Shown here: positions 39,356-49,072 of the stretch, piece by piece
How positions within the stretch are numbered: the stretch's first letter is position 1
Layout of the letters: each line of letters opens with the position of its first letter
Source of the DNA: Terriglobia bacterium
Lineage (GTDB): Bacteria > Acidobacteriota > Terriglobia > Acidiferrales > UBA7541
DNA length: 64,000 nt
Assembly (NCBI GenBank): GCA_963695545.1
Contig: OY968796.1
Coordinates: 4,095,513-4,159,512 of the forward strand
Reading direction: 5' to 3'
Made by a program: the position numbers and the translations under genes
Notes under the pieces: generated by a model
What the model saw: only the letters and a program-made list of their open reading frames with translations
The model's database searches: none
Told to the model about the DNA's origin: nothing

Positions 39356-39743
39356 AGCACGGACGGAGTGGTTTCTGGACACAATCTGGCACAGCTTCCC
39401 AACAGCGACAATTCAGTCACGCTGCCATGATCGAGTAGCACTTGGATTTCGGAATGGCTAGGTTCAGTGTTGGTTGGAGTCGATTCTGGAAGTCATCCAG
39501 GTCGTATTCCTCCATAAGTGACCAAAATATAGCAGTTTACGAGCTTATCCAGGCTGAAAACCTCGGTTTGTGACACGAAGCACTTCTCCGCAAGGCACGT
39601 TGCCCGACGCAGGCATTGGGAGAACCGGCGGCGTTTCTCGATCCAGACGCGTTTGGCCGCAGATCTGACGAACGAGCTTCCCGATTCCCTGAAGATCACC
39701 GCCAGACCCTATTCCCATATCCACGACGCTGAAGCTAACGATC
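39356..39743 (+). repeat. 388-bp direct repeat, copy 1
   Basis: Nearly identical to 39864-40251 (offset 508 bp; one mismatch noticed). Confidence 0.95.
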
Positions 39744-39863
39744 ACAAGATAACGCATAGCGATAATAGCCTGTATCCATAGCGTTTAGCAGTACTCTTGC
39801 ATTAAGCAGTATGATTTTTTCGATATGCGCTTGTGATATATTGTTTTACATTAGGATGTTCCG

Positions 39864-40251
39864 AGCACGGACGGAGCGGTTTCTGGACACAATCTGGCAC
39901 AGCTTCCCAACAGCGACAATTCAGTCACGCTGCCATGATCGAGTAGCACTTGGATTTCGGAATGGCTAGGTTCAGTGTTGGTTGGAGTCGATTCTGGAAG
40001 TCATCCAGGTCGTATTCCTCCATAAGTGACCAAAATATAGCAGTTTACGAGCTTATCCAGGCTGAAAACCTCGGTTTGTGACACGAAGCACTTCTCCGCA
40101 AGGCACGTTGCCCGACGCAGGCATTGGGAGAACCGGCGGCGTTTCTCGATCCAGACGCGTTTGGCCGCAGATCTGACGAACGAGCTTCCCGATTCCCTGA
40201 AGATCACCGCCAGACCCTATTCCCATATCCACGACGCTGAAGCTAACGATC
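39864..40251 (+). repeat. 388-bp direct repeat, copy 2
   Basis: Nearly identical to 39356-39743. Confidence 0.95.
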
Positions 40252-40368
40252 TAAACTACAACGTCTCGCCAGAGGTTGAATTCAGGCTCCCATTTGAGCC
40301 CCATTAGGAGGGCGTCCCGTTGCCAGAAGATCGTTTTCAGAATGCTTTCTTGGATCAGGGTGTTCCGG

Positions 40369-40478
40369 GCACGCACGAACCAGTTTCTGGACACAATCTC
40401 GCACAGCTTCTCAACGGCGACAATTCAGTCACGCTTCCATCATCGGGCAGCACCTGGAATTCAGAAAGGCTTAGGACC
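40369..40478 (+). repeat. Diverged partial third copy of the repeat's first ~110 bp
   Basis: GTTTCTGGACACAATCTCGCACAGCTTCTCAACGGCGACAATTCAGTCACGCT. Confidence 0.85.
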
Positions 40479-40601
40479 ACTCTGCCCTTGTCTATCGCTC
40501 AATGGACCAGAACATGGTTTCGCGTCAAAACCATCATCCCTTATAATCGGCGCACGTCAGACCTGCCAATCTGTGGCTGAACCTCTCGTTGAAACTCGTT
40601 G

Positions 40602-41507
40602 TTATGAATTTCTCAGTTTAGTTTCAACAATCCCAGCTTCCCTCAGATACGTATCCATGATCGCAAAAGCACCGTCTATTGCTCCCGACAAGCCACACTC
40701 CTTGGCAAGCGCATCGTACGGCTTCTGCCAATCTGGAGGAGGCTGCGGCAGCGGGTTCGGCACGGCGTGAGTCCCTCGGCGATCAAACGTGAGACGGATT
40801 GCTTCAGCAACCTTGGCTTTTGCCAAGGTGCCGCAATGAATCAAGAGAACCATGTCCACCAGGTCTCGCACGCGACTATTCGTCGCACCGTGTCGTGGCA
40901 GAGTGTAGGCGTGAAGTTTTTCGGCAAACTGTTGCTCGCGAGGGATCATATACAACGACGGGCTCGCAATACCGGCAAAACCCAACCAGTCGCGCCCTTC
41001 GATGACTTCGAGCGGCTCCATCACAGCATCGCCTATCCCTAGGTCCAGGTGAAATCCAACGAATACGCGGCCATCGAGGCGAGCTTCGACGGGAAACCTT
41101 GCGCCGCCATACGGGGCAGCATCCAAGTCAGAAATTGGCTCACCTATCGTGTAAACGAAGAAGTCGTCACTCCTGGATGCAGCGGCCTCTTGTAGCTTCT
41201 CCAGCACGGCCAGATTCTTCTTGTCGTCTTTCTTCTCGCCTGAACTAGAGGTGCTGCGCATCGTCAGGTCAATATCCTTCGTCGTGCGCGCAGCCTTGAT
41301 TCGCAGCTCCATCGCGTAGCCACCCTTCAGTACCCAGGGTAGCGCGCTAGGCTGTGCCGACTGAAACAGTCGCGCCAAGAGCCGATCAAAGGAAACCTGA
41401 CGCCGCAGACGCTGCAAGTCAACGCCTTCCTTCCCGGCAATATCCTGAAGCCTATCCTCCAGTGCCCTTCGAAAGGCTGTGGCTGTCGCGTACTTCTTAG
41501 GCTCCAT
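40602..41507 (-). CDS. abiEii: AbiEii/AbiGii nucleotidyltransferase toxin (type IV TA)
   Basis: WVLKGGYAM, RTTKDID, AEKLHA and RVRDLVD motifs. Confidence 0.9.
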   Translation of the reverse strand: MEPKKYATATAFRRALEDRLQDIAGKEGVDLQRLRRQVSFDRLLARLFQSAQPSALPWVLKGGYAMELRIKAARTTKDIDLTMRSTSSSGEKKDDKKNLAVLEKLQEAAASRSDDFFVYTIGEPISDLDAAPYGGARFPVEARLDGRVFVGFHLDLGIGDAVMEPLEVIEGRDWLGFAGIASPSLYMIPREQQFAEKLHAYTLPRHGATNSRVRDLVDMVLLIHCGTLAKAKVAEAIRLTFDRRGTHAVPNPLPQPPPDWQKPYDALAKECGLSGAIDGAFAIMDTYLREAGIVETKLRNS

Positions 41508-42121
41508 CAGGCGGCTACTCTCTGAAACAAATTTCGCAGTTGCTTACTATCAACGAGGCGTTTCCTAGCCTCCGCAATTTCGTTTCTGCGAATGAGCCCG
41601 CGACGGAGTCCTTCACGCACTGCTTGCCGAAGGGTCGCAGGCGACACCTCTCCACCTGTCAGCAGATCAAGAATTGTTCGCATAGGCTTCGTTACGCGCA
41701 CTCCATAGGCAACTCCGATATCGCTCTGAGGGAGATCAGCAAGATGCAGTACGAGCACACGAGGGGTTTCACTATTTCGCCGGAAGCTTCTCGGTACAGT
41801 CATGTGCAGCTTCGCTGGCATTACGTCGGAAAGATCATGAAGGCTCAGAGCAGTTTGATGGCTGTAGACTCCCTGTGCGGTCTCTCCTCGATTCCTGGAC
41901 CAGAGCGACCAAAGCATCAGGTCAGGGCGCTCGCCTCGCGGAAAGCTGGCCAGACGATAGATTCCCCGATGCTCACGAATCCAGTTTCCCGCCTGAACGT
42001 GGTACGGGTGAGTATTCTCCGCGAACCCCGCAGCTTTAGCCTGCTTGGTCGTGAAGAAACCCTGCTGGCCTTCCGCAATCTCGTAGAGCCGTTTCGCGGC
42101 TTCTTTGCGTCCTTTCCGCAT
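41507..42121 (-). CDS. abiEi: AbiEi family antitoxin
   Basis: QQGFFT, RGIYRL, SHQTALSLHDL and RTILDL motifs. Confidence 0.88.
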   Translation of the reverse strand: MRKGRKEAAKRLYEIAEGQQGFFTTKQAKAAGFAENTHPYHVQAGNWIREHRGIYRLASFPRGERPDLMLWSLWSRNRGETAQGVYSHQTALSLHDLSDVMPAKLHMTVPRSFRRNSETPRVLVLHLADLPQSDIGVAYGVRVTKPMRTILDLLTGGEVSPATLRQAVREGLRRGLIRRNEIAEARKRLVDSKQLRNLFQRVAA

Positions 42122-42122
42122 A

Positions 42123-42158
42123 GCACAATACTACAACTTATTTGAAGTATTGTGCAAG
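42123..42158 (-). promoter_or_regulatory. abiE promoter with overlapping inverted-repeat operator
   Basis: GCACAATACT-N13-AGTATTGTGC; minus strand TTGCAC-N18-TAGTAT-N6-ATG. Confidence 0.7.
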
Positions 42159-42188
42159 TAAATGGAGTATCTCTCCTGGCGCAGCACT

Positions 42189-43112
42189 TCAATTCTTACC
42201 CAACTCTGCCACGATAGATCTGAGGCGATCAAGTAGCTCAATTCGCGTGCAGGGAGTTTGCTGATAACTTTCTCTCGCTTGTCCGAGCAGTCGCCCGACA
42301 AGTTTGCCCGGCTCTACGCCAAATTCTTGCATTATGTCTTTTCCCGTAATCGGCATTAGGCTAGAAAGGTCAGCCAATATGGCGTTCTCGATGAGTTTTC
42401 TGGCCTCGCCCTCGAAATCATAGTCCGACGAAAAGGCTCTCAAGCTTTGCGCCCATTTCTCGTAATTCCTCCGCACCAAACGCTCCGGATCGATGTATTC
42501 ATGACCCATATCAATGGCGATTGCTGCAACTAAGGCTTCGAATTGGTGTGGAGGGTGATACCGACTTCTGCGAAATCTCCAATCGTTACAAATCAAGTCC
42601 TTAGATTCATCTTTCTCCATCAAACGCAGGACATTCAAGAGTGATTCGAGGAACTCCAGCGCCTCCTGCAGAAGGGCAACCAGGCATCTGTCCCATTCGT
42701 CTTCCGAATCGGGCACTGCGGTTCCACATTTGGCAGAAAACCAATCATGGCAGTCACCAATGGTCTTCTTGTCGTGCGATTCTTCAATACTTAGATTGTG
42801 CTGCGTATATGTTCTCAATTTTTGAACATTGAGAGGATGGCCACGAAGCGTTCCGTCCCCATCAAGGGAGTAGGCATCGAAACGCTTCATGAGATAAGGT
42901 AAGCTTATTTTTCCGGCTTCCCAATACAAAACATAGAGCCACGAAACTAGTCTTAGAAAACCGAGTTCCGCAGGGACGAACTTTGGCATGCGTTGAGAAA
43001 CCGTGTCAAACAGCCCGGCTCCGTCAGCAAGTAACGCAATGACGCGAGTATTTGTCTCCTCTGCCTTCCCAACAATCCGATACATCAATTGCTCGGGACT
43101 TGGAGTAGACAT
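42189..43112 (-). CDS. Hypothetical protein with a HEPN-like Rx4H motif and a C-terminal CCA-adding-enzyme-like tail
   Basis: KLRTYTQHNL; C-terminal PITGKDIMQEFGVEPGKLVGRLLGQA. Confidence 0.6.
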   Translation of the reverse strand: MSTPSPEQLMYRIVGKAEETNTRVIALLADGAGLFDTVSQRMPKFVPAELGFLRLVSWLYVLYWEAGKISLPYLMKRFDAYSLDGDGTLRGHPLNVQKLRTYTQHNLSIEESHDKKTIGDCHDWFSAKCGTAVPDSEDEWDRCLVALLQEALEFLESLLNVLRLMEKDESKDLICNDWRFRRSRYHPPHQFEALVAAIAIDMGHEYIDPERLVRRNYEKWAQSLRAFSSDYDFEGEARKLIENAILADLSSLMPITGKDIMQEFGVEPGKLVGRLLGQARESYQQTPCTRIELLDRLRSIVAELGKN

Positions 43113-43123
43113 GCACGCGATCC

Positions 43124-46100
43124 TCAGCCTTTGTAATAGCTAACGGGGTCAGCAATTGGCCCGACAAAATTAAAAGCAATGTGAAACTCTCCGAGGGAGG
43201 ACCTTGGAGTGATATCAGGTTTACCAAAATCGCGAGGCCGAAAGTCAATTTGCCTACGAAGTTCTTCAATGTGGACGGAACCCTTCACGCCGTCGGGCGC
43301 GACCCATGCGACAATTCCGTGGAACTTTTGAGGCACCCCTGTAGGCGCACTGGCAATATAGCTTCGGACGATTCTCCTTCTTCCCATAACTCGCTCAGAT
43401 TCACGATCAAGCTCTTTGAAGGTTTGAAAAGCAAACTCCAAACGTCCCAGGTGGAAAAATGCCAACCCTCGAATGAAAGCCGTTACGAGAGGGCGTTTCG
43501 ATTCACCAGTGGCTTCGATAGCCTCAACCATCGCGAGGCATTCGTTCCATTGCGATAAACTAAGAGGAAGCAACATCCTTTCAGAGGCGAAAAGTTTTCG
43601 GCCAGTGCTTACTATCCACCATAAATCGAGCATCAAATCTAAACATCTCGCGTCGGCCGAGATTTTCTCTTTCTGAGAGCGAAGGTAAGTCAGGGCGTCA
43701 TTCAACCGCCGTGCATTCACCTCCGTTGCGCTCTCCGCACTCTCGGGAAGCCCTGAAATCCTTAAAGCCCTTAGGTAGTATCCTGCACACGAACCCTTCT
43801 CTTCCAGAGAAGCGAACGCTGCTTCTTCAAGATCCTCTAGATTCGCGACTTCTGCTATCTGCATCCTTCTCTTCTGCAGCATTAACTGCTGATCTACTTC
43901 TAGCTCTATCGATTCTGCTGTCTGAAATGACGACAAAACATCAGCGAGCAGTTCACTTTCAGCAACAGAATCGAGAACTTTCTCCTTAATCATCGTACGC
44001 GCAAACCAAGAAAGGATATCTATGGGATAGTAGCTGTCGGGATCTTGCATGCGGGCTTGGCGGAGCGCCGCGTTTGCTTCTTCGTAGAACTGTTTCAGTT
44101 CCCGTGCGTCTGCCGTGTGACGTAATGCTCGGGTCGCCAACGAAGCCGTTAGTTCGTTGAAAAGAAACGTACGCAACGCGCGATTTTTCTTGTCTTGACC
44201 GAGAATTTCAAAGGCCGACTTAACAACGGCCTCGACTTCCGCGAGTGCGTTGTCAATTCCTGTATCCGCCGAGTCGATTCTGTCCCGGCCCACGGCCCAT
44301 TCGCGGAGCAGATTTGCCTCTTGAAGCATCAGCCTCGGATTCTGAAGCCCCCGCTGCTGGCGAAGTTGTTTGAGCGCTTCGGCCACTTCTCTGAGATAAG
44401 GCCTAAAGTACTCATTGCTTTCACCTTTAGGTCCAATCGCTCGCAGAAGCTCGACACCGAAGGTCACCTCCCGACCGTCGGTCATCACCCCTGTTTGGTC
44501 ATGGATTTCAAGGAGTAACCGTTTTACAAATTCGATTTCAGTACTCGGTCCACCCATCCTAGAGTCAACAATGATTCTTGCCTCTAGAGCATTTCGCGGA
44601 CCCACTTCGATATTTCCCACTTCGTCTTCGTACCACCTGATTATGTCTATCCCTTCAAAAAGCTTTACGATCCTGAGCGTGTCCTTCTTTCCTAATGTCC
44701 GTAAGAGCAATTCCAGAGGAACCCGAAGGCCAAATCGGCCCGGAACCATAACCAGACACGTAAAATCTTGAATGTCCGTCAGTACTTCTCCACCGGTCGT
44801 CCTCGTCATTTCCGAAAATAGCTGCCTCTGACCGATCCATCCGGCCTTTTTCAACTGTTCTTCGAGAATTGTCGTCGAGCGCGATTCAACTTCGGTAGCT
44901 GCAGCTTTCTTCCTGAGCAATTCCTCTGCGTGCCCAATCTCAAGACGCAACTCCGGTACGTATTGCCATCCGGGTCGAAGGAAGCATTCTGTATAGCGCA
45001 ACCAAAAATGTTTGGTCTAGGCGAGGTCGCACGCGGCTCACAAGGTCTCGCAGTGAAGGGTGGAATCCAGCCAGGAAATCTCCGAACTCAGCAAGCTCCG
45101 ATTCAATCAGTTGCGCGGGGGCCTCTACGCTATTCTCTTTCGGGTGTTGAGCAAGCCTATAGGTGCTTCCGACCAAGATGACCTTTCGGCCACGACCCGT
45201 CAGACGCCGCAAGAATCCTGAATAATCCTCCTGATCGACCATTCCATCCCAAATAACCAAAGCGGCCCTTGCGCCGCAATCTTCAGCCCACTGACAAAAG
45301 TGATCTATATCGGAATACACAGGTTTCTGACTGCGTCGCTCAATGTACAGCACTGGGTATTCTCGTTGGAGCGCAACCTCGTAGGCCAAACTCGCGAGTG
45401 CGACCGTTTTCCCCGTTCCGGTTTGGCCATGCAAAATTATCGGAACGTCCGAAAGTACGTGCCTCGACAGTTTCTCTTTCACCATGCCGGACAGTTCCTT
45501 CTGATAATGCCGTCTGAACGCGAACCCTCTCGCGTACGAAGCCCACTGCGGCGGGCCCTCCGCAGTAGCCAAGAAATTCCGAAACTCACGATACCTAGCT
45601 TCTTCGGATAAAGGCTTGGGCGGGAGAATGTCACGCTCGTCAATTAGATTGGCCGATCGTGACAATTGAACCCATTTGTCCCGAGGAACGACGACCGATT
45701 TCCTTGCCATTTGGACGCGACGGCCCTCACGCTCTTCTTCGGTCGTTCCGAGCGCGATTAACCCTTCCTCTGCACCTCGGGCGAGAACTGTCGAAAGACT
45801 TCCTTCGTGCGGCGTGATTTTCCCCTGTTCTAACAGCCGGCAAAAATCAGCGTTCTGAAGAAGTTCCTCTGACACACTGAATATATGGACTTGACCAACC
45901 GAAAAACCATCGAGAATGGGCAGCAATTCATCAGGAGTGAACCAATCTAGCGATCCTTTATAGCCCTCAATAAAAAGGGTACCGAGGGGGCTCACCAATT
46001 CCGGCAATCGACGCGCGAGCGAGACAGCAACCTGTCTCCGTTTTGTCCACTCGAACCGGGTCAACGGCGGGCGCGTCATCTCATCTGCTTGGTTCAAAGA

Positions 46101-46532
46101 TCCAAAAAGAAATGTGCAGTGAAGGACACGTTTATTTCGCGGATCGCTCGGGTTGAATTTTTCTTCGAAAATAGGTTGCACTTCACGCCAAGGCGAACGA
46201 AAAGCACCCAATAGAATTGAGTCAATTGACGAAGTATAAATGCCGCTCCATGCAAATTGCGAGACGGCGTGCAACCATTCAGGCACGGAGAGGCGTTTGC
46301 AGCGTTCGTCCATCCATGCCAAAGCCGCGTCTGGCTGCTGAGCGGCGTCACCTTCAAAAATATTGTAGTAGCTTAAAGTCGCAGGATTTTGTGGGCCGTA
46401 TTTACGAACGATCTCGGACAGTAACGGATCTTGACCAGTCTCAATTCTGAGATAGTCCTGCCCAATGTACAGGAATGAAGGTCCCTGCTTCAATCTATCG
46501 TAAATGGTTCTTTGGTCTTTATGATTTGCCAT
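43124..46532 (-). CDS. Large STAND-like P-loop NTPase (SIR2-like N-terminus, helical region, cold-shock/OB-like C-terminus), split by a +1 frameshift near 44950
   Basis: ORFs 44940-46532 and 43124-45001 join if one base is removed. Walker A GQTGTGKT, Walker B LVIWD, IYTSSIDS, and C-terminal FHGIVAWV...FHIAFNFVGPIA. Confidence 0.65.
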
Positions 46533-46912
46533 TTCCTGCCCGCTAAAGATTGAATGTCAAACAATAAACTAAACCAACCTCTTTTTCCAGACACACCAGA
46601 CTACCTCGGAAACGAGAAGCGCTTCCGGAACGAACCGCGCAATCTGCTGACGATGACCTTTCGTGCTTCTTTCAACCATGCTTCTAGGTCCCGCCGACAT
46701 CAGCTAGCTTTACCTTCCCCAAATAGATCGAGCGTCTTCCGCTAGCACACGGTCGCGCCAGGCAAACCGCGACCTGTCACGCCCGTTGCCATCCGCTCCA
46801 GACGCAAATACTAGACCGCGCCGGTCTCTTTCCTTTCAGTGAGTCCGTTGCGATTTGGTTCCCCTCTCTGGTTGAGGGAACCAACTCTCAACTCACCGAA
46901 AGGACAAAGAAA

Positions 46913-47734
46913 ATGAATTCAGAAAACATAAAGAAAGTTACAAATCAAGCCATCGAGCAACTCATCACGGCACTCAACGAGGGCCGGACTGAAACGCTGA
47001 CGCAATACCTTGCAGCGATTGGCCGATTCCACCGTTACAGTCTCCGAAACGTAATGCTCATTGCATCACAGCAGCCAACCGCAACGCACGTGGCAGGCTT
47101 TCACGCTTGGCACAAGCTTGGGCGATTCGTAAAGAAAGGCGAGAAAGGAATCTTGATCCTTGCTCCGATTGTTCGGCGAAAGGCTGAAAACGACGAGCAC
47201 AACGGAACTGACGAGTCATCAACGGCTGTCGGCTTTCGCGCTGCCTACGTCTTCGACATCAGCCAGACCGACGGCCAAGAGCTTCCCGAAATCGGCAGCG
47301 TCAATGGCGATCCTCGTGAGTACCGTGAACGCCTTGCGAAGTTTGTCGCCGAACAAAGCATCGCTCTTGAGTATTCAGACGAGATTGCTCCGGCGCGGGG
47401 CACTTCCGCAGGAGGCAAGATCACGTTGTTGCCCCGTCAGTCCACGGCTGAAGAATTCGCAACTTTGGCGCACGAACTCGCGCACGAAATGATGCACCGT
47501 GACGAGCGTCGCAGCAGCACTTCGAAGCGCAGCCGCGAGACTGAAGCAGAGGCCGTTGCATTCGTGGTCTGCCACGCTATCGGCCTAGAGACGGGCTCAG
47601 CGTCTCAAGACTACATTCAGCTCTACGAAGGTGATGCGAAGCTCTTAACGGCCAGCTTGGAGTACATCCAGAAAGCTGCTACCCAAATTCTCAACGCTAT
47701 CGGCGCGGACGGAGCATCCGCGCCACCCGCCTAA
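46913..47734 (+). CDS. ArdC-like ssDNA-binding/antirestriction protein (DUF1738 + metallopeptidase)
   Basis: YSLRNVMLI, GRFVKKGEKG, VFDISQTDG, HELAHE and ETEAEAVAF motifs. Confidence 0.85.
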   Translation: MNSENIKKVTNQAIEQLITALNEGRTETLTQYLAAIGRFHRYSLRNVMLIASQQPTATHVAGFHAWHKLGRFVKKGEKGILILAPIVRRKAENDEHNGTDESSTAVGFRAAYVFDISQTDGQELPEIGSVNGDPREYRERLAKFVAEQSIALEYSDEIAPARGTSAGGKITLLPRQSTAEEFATLAHELAHEMMHRDERRSSTSKRSRETEAEAVAFVVCHAIGLETGSASQDYIQLYEGDAKLLTASLEYIQKAATQILNAIGADGASAPPA

Positions 47735-47777
47735 CGCGGGTAACCGCAGTTCAAACAATTCGCCCGAAAGCCCACGC

Positions 47778-48176
47778 CTACGCAGCAATAGACTTGCGCC
47801 CGTTGCGCCGTCCCGCCATTTTCTGAGCCAAAGACATCAGAAGCTTTCTGTCGTTCTGTTCTACGCGGCCTAGAAGTCTCTGCAACCTCGAAAGAAGCCG
47901 TGCCTCCTTGCCGGAGCTACCCCACACAATGCCGTCAGCAGTCTTTCGTTTGAGGAGATTAGGCAGTTTAGGTGGAGCATCGCCATCGTAAAAGAGTTGG
48001 TAGAGAGGCACTTCAAGCGCCCGAGCCATCTTCTCCAAAGTTTCGATAGCCGGTACCGTGTGGCCATTCTCTACGCGAGAGATGTAACAACGAAGCAAAC
48101 CCGTGCGTTTCTCAATGTCTCCCTGTGACAAGTTCTTTCCTTCGCGCATTTCGCGCAAGCGCTCACCAATCACCAT
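47778..48176 (-). CDS. XRE-family HTH transcriptional regulator
   Basis: LSQGDIEKRTGLLRCYISRVENGHTVP. Confidence 0.88.
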   Translation of the reverse strand: MVIGERLREMREGKNLSQGDIEKRTGLLRCYISRVENGHTVPAIETLEKMARALEVPLYQLFYDGDAPPKLPNLLKRKTADGIVWGSSGKEARLLSRLQRLLGRVEQNDRKLLMSLAQKMAGRRNGRKSIAA

Positions 48177-48549
48177 ATTCTCTACCTCCCACTGAGCGTC
48201 GCCGAACAACTAAGGCGCTCACATTCAACCATGACCAGCAGCCGAAAGGAAACTTTCGATTGACTCTGACTCCCCCTATGGCGCCGCTTGAAGCCTTTTT
48301 ACGAAAGGATTGCTTTGGTTCTGTACATTTCACCTTTTCCGCCACTCTTTTCCTTGGGCACGGCTTCGGGAGAATTCCCACGCCCGGCAGCTTTGCGCCG
48401 TCTGCTTTTCCGTCTCCTCCCAAGAAATCTTCTCATCCATCGTCAAAGATTTACTTGTGTCCCTCCCGAAAAGCCGTCGCTCGCTTTGGGAGTGGTCTCC
48501 TCTCGCCCTTTGGTGCCCCAAGAAAAAGGGGCGAAAAAGGAGAAACAAA

Positions 48550-48987
48550 ATGTATCTGAATTCGATCCAAATTATCGGCTTCGTCGGGAAAGACCCCCAG
48601 CGACGCCAAGCCCGTACCAACGGCGCTCCATTCGTCGTTCTGTCGGTTGCCACGCAACGGTCGTGGAAGAACGCGCAGGATGAGTGGTGCTCGAAGACCG
48701 AGTGGCACCGCGTCGTCGCGTGGAACGGCCTCGGCGAGCGCGTTGCGGTAGCGCTACACAAGGGCGATCACGTCCTAGTCGAAGGCACGCTGGTCAGCAC
48801 GACCTACGACCGTGAGTACGGCAAAGGCAAGAAGCCCACAGTCGTGAAACACACACTATGGCAGATTCGTGCAGACTCGGTCCGCGAGCTCAATCGCGCA
48901 GAAAAAGAGCCAGAAGCGGTCGCTTCCGGCTCCAACGGCAGCGCGTCCCATGACTTGCTGGCATCAGCCGAAGGTGCCCCTTTTTAG
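48550..48987 (+). CDS. ssb: Single-stranded DNA-binding protein
   Basis: IIGFVGKDP, SVAT, TEWHRVVAW and KGDHVLVEG motifs; AAGGAG RBS. Confidence 0.88.
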   Translation: MYLNSIQIIGFVGKDPQRRQARTNGAPFVVLSVATQRSWKNAQDEWCSKTEWHRVVAWNGLGERVAVALHKGDHVLVEGTLVSTTYDREYGKGKKPTVVKHTLWQIRADSVRELNRAEKEPEAVASGSNGSASHDLLASAEGAPF

Positions 48988-49003
48988 TGCACCTTTCATT
49001 TGT

Positions 49004-49031
49004 GGGCCTCGGCTCAAGGGAGCCGAGGCCC
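49004..49031. terminator. 12-bp GC-rich hairpin between convergent ssb and hsdM
   Basis: GGGCCTCGGCTC-AAGG-GAGCCGAGGCCC. Confidence 0.6.
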
Positions 49032-49072
49032 TCTCCATTGGTCTTTTCTCGCAGGAAATGTATTCGAGCCGA

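Noticed and set aside
39493..40207. Two identical 68-aa ORFs (39493-39699 and 40001-40207)
   Set aside because: They are by-products of the 388-bp duplication, with no recognisable motif or RBS.
39356..40478. CRISPR array or IS element
   Set aside because: Repeats are far too long for CRISPR; no cas genes, transposase or terminal inverted repeats seen.
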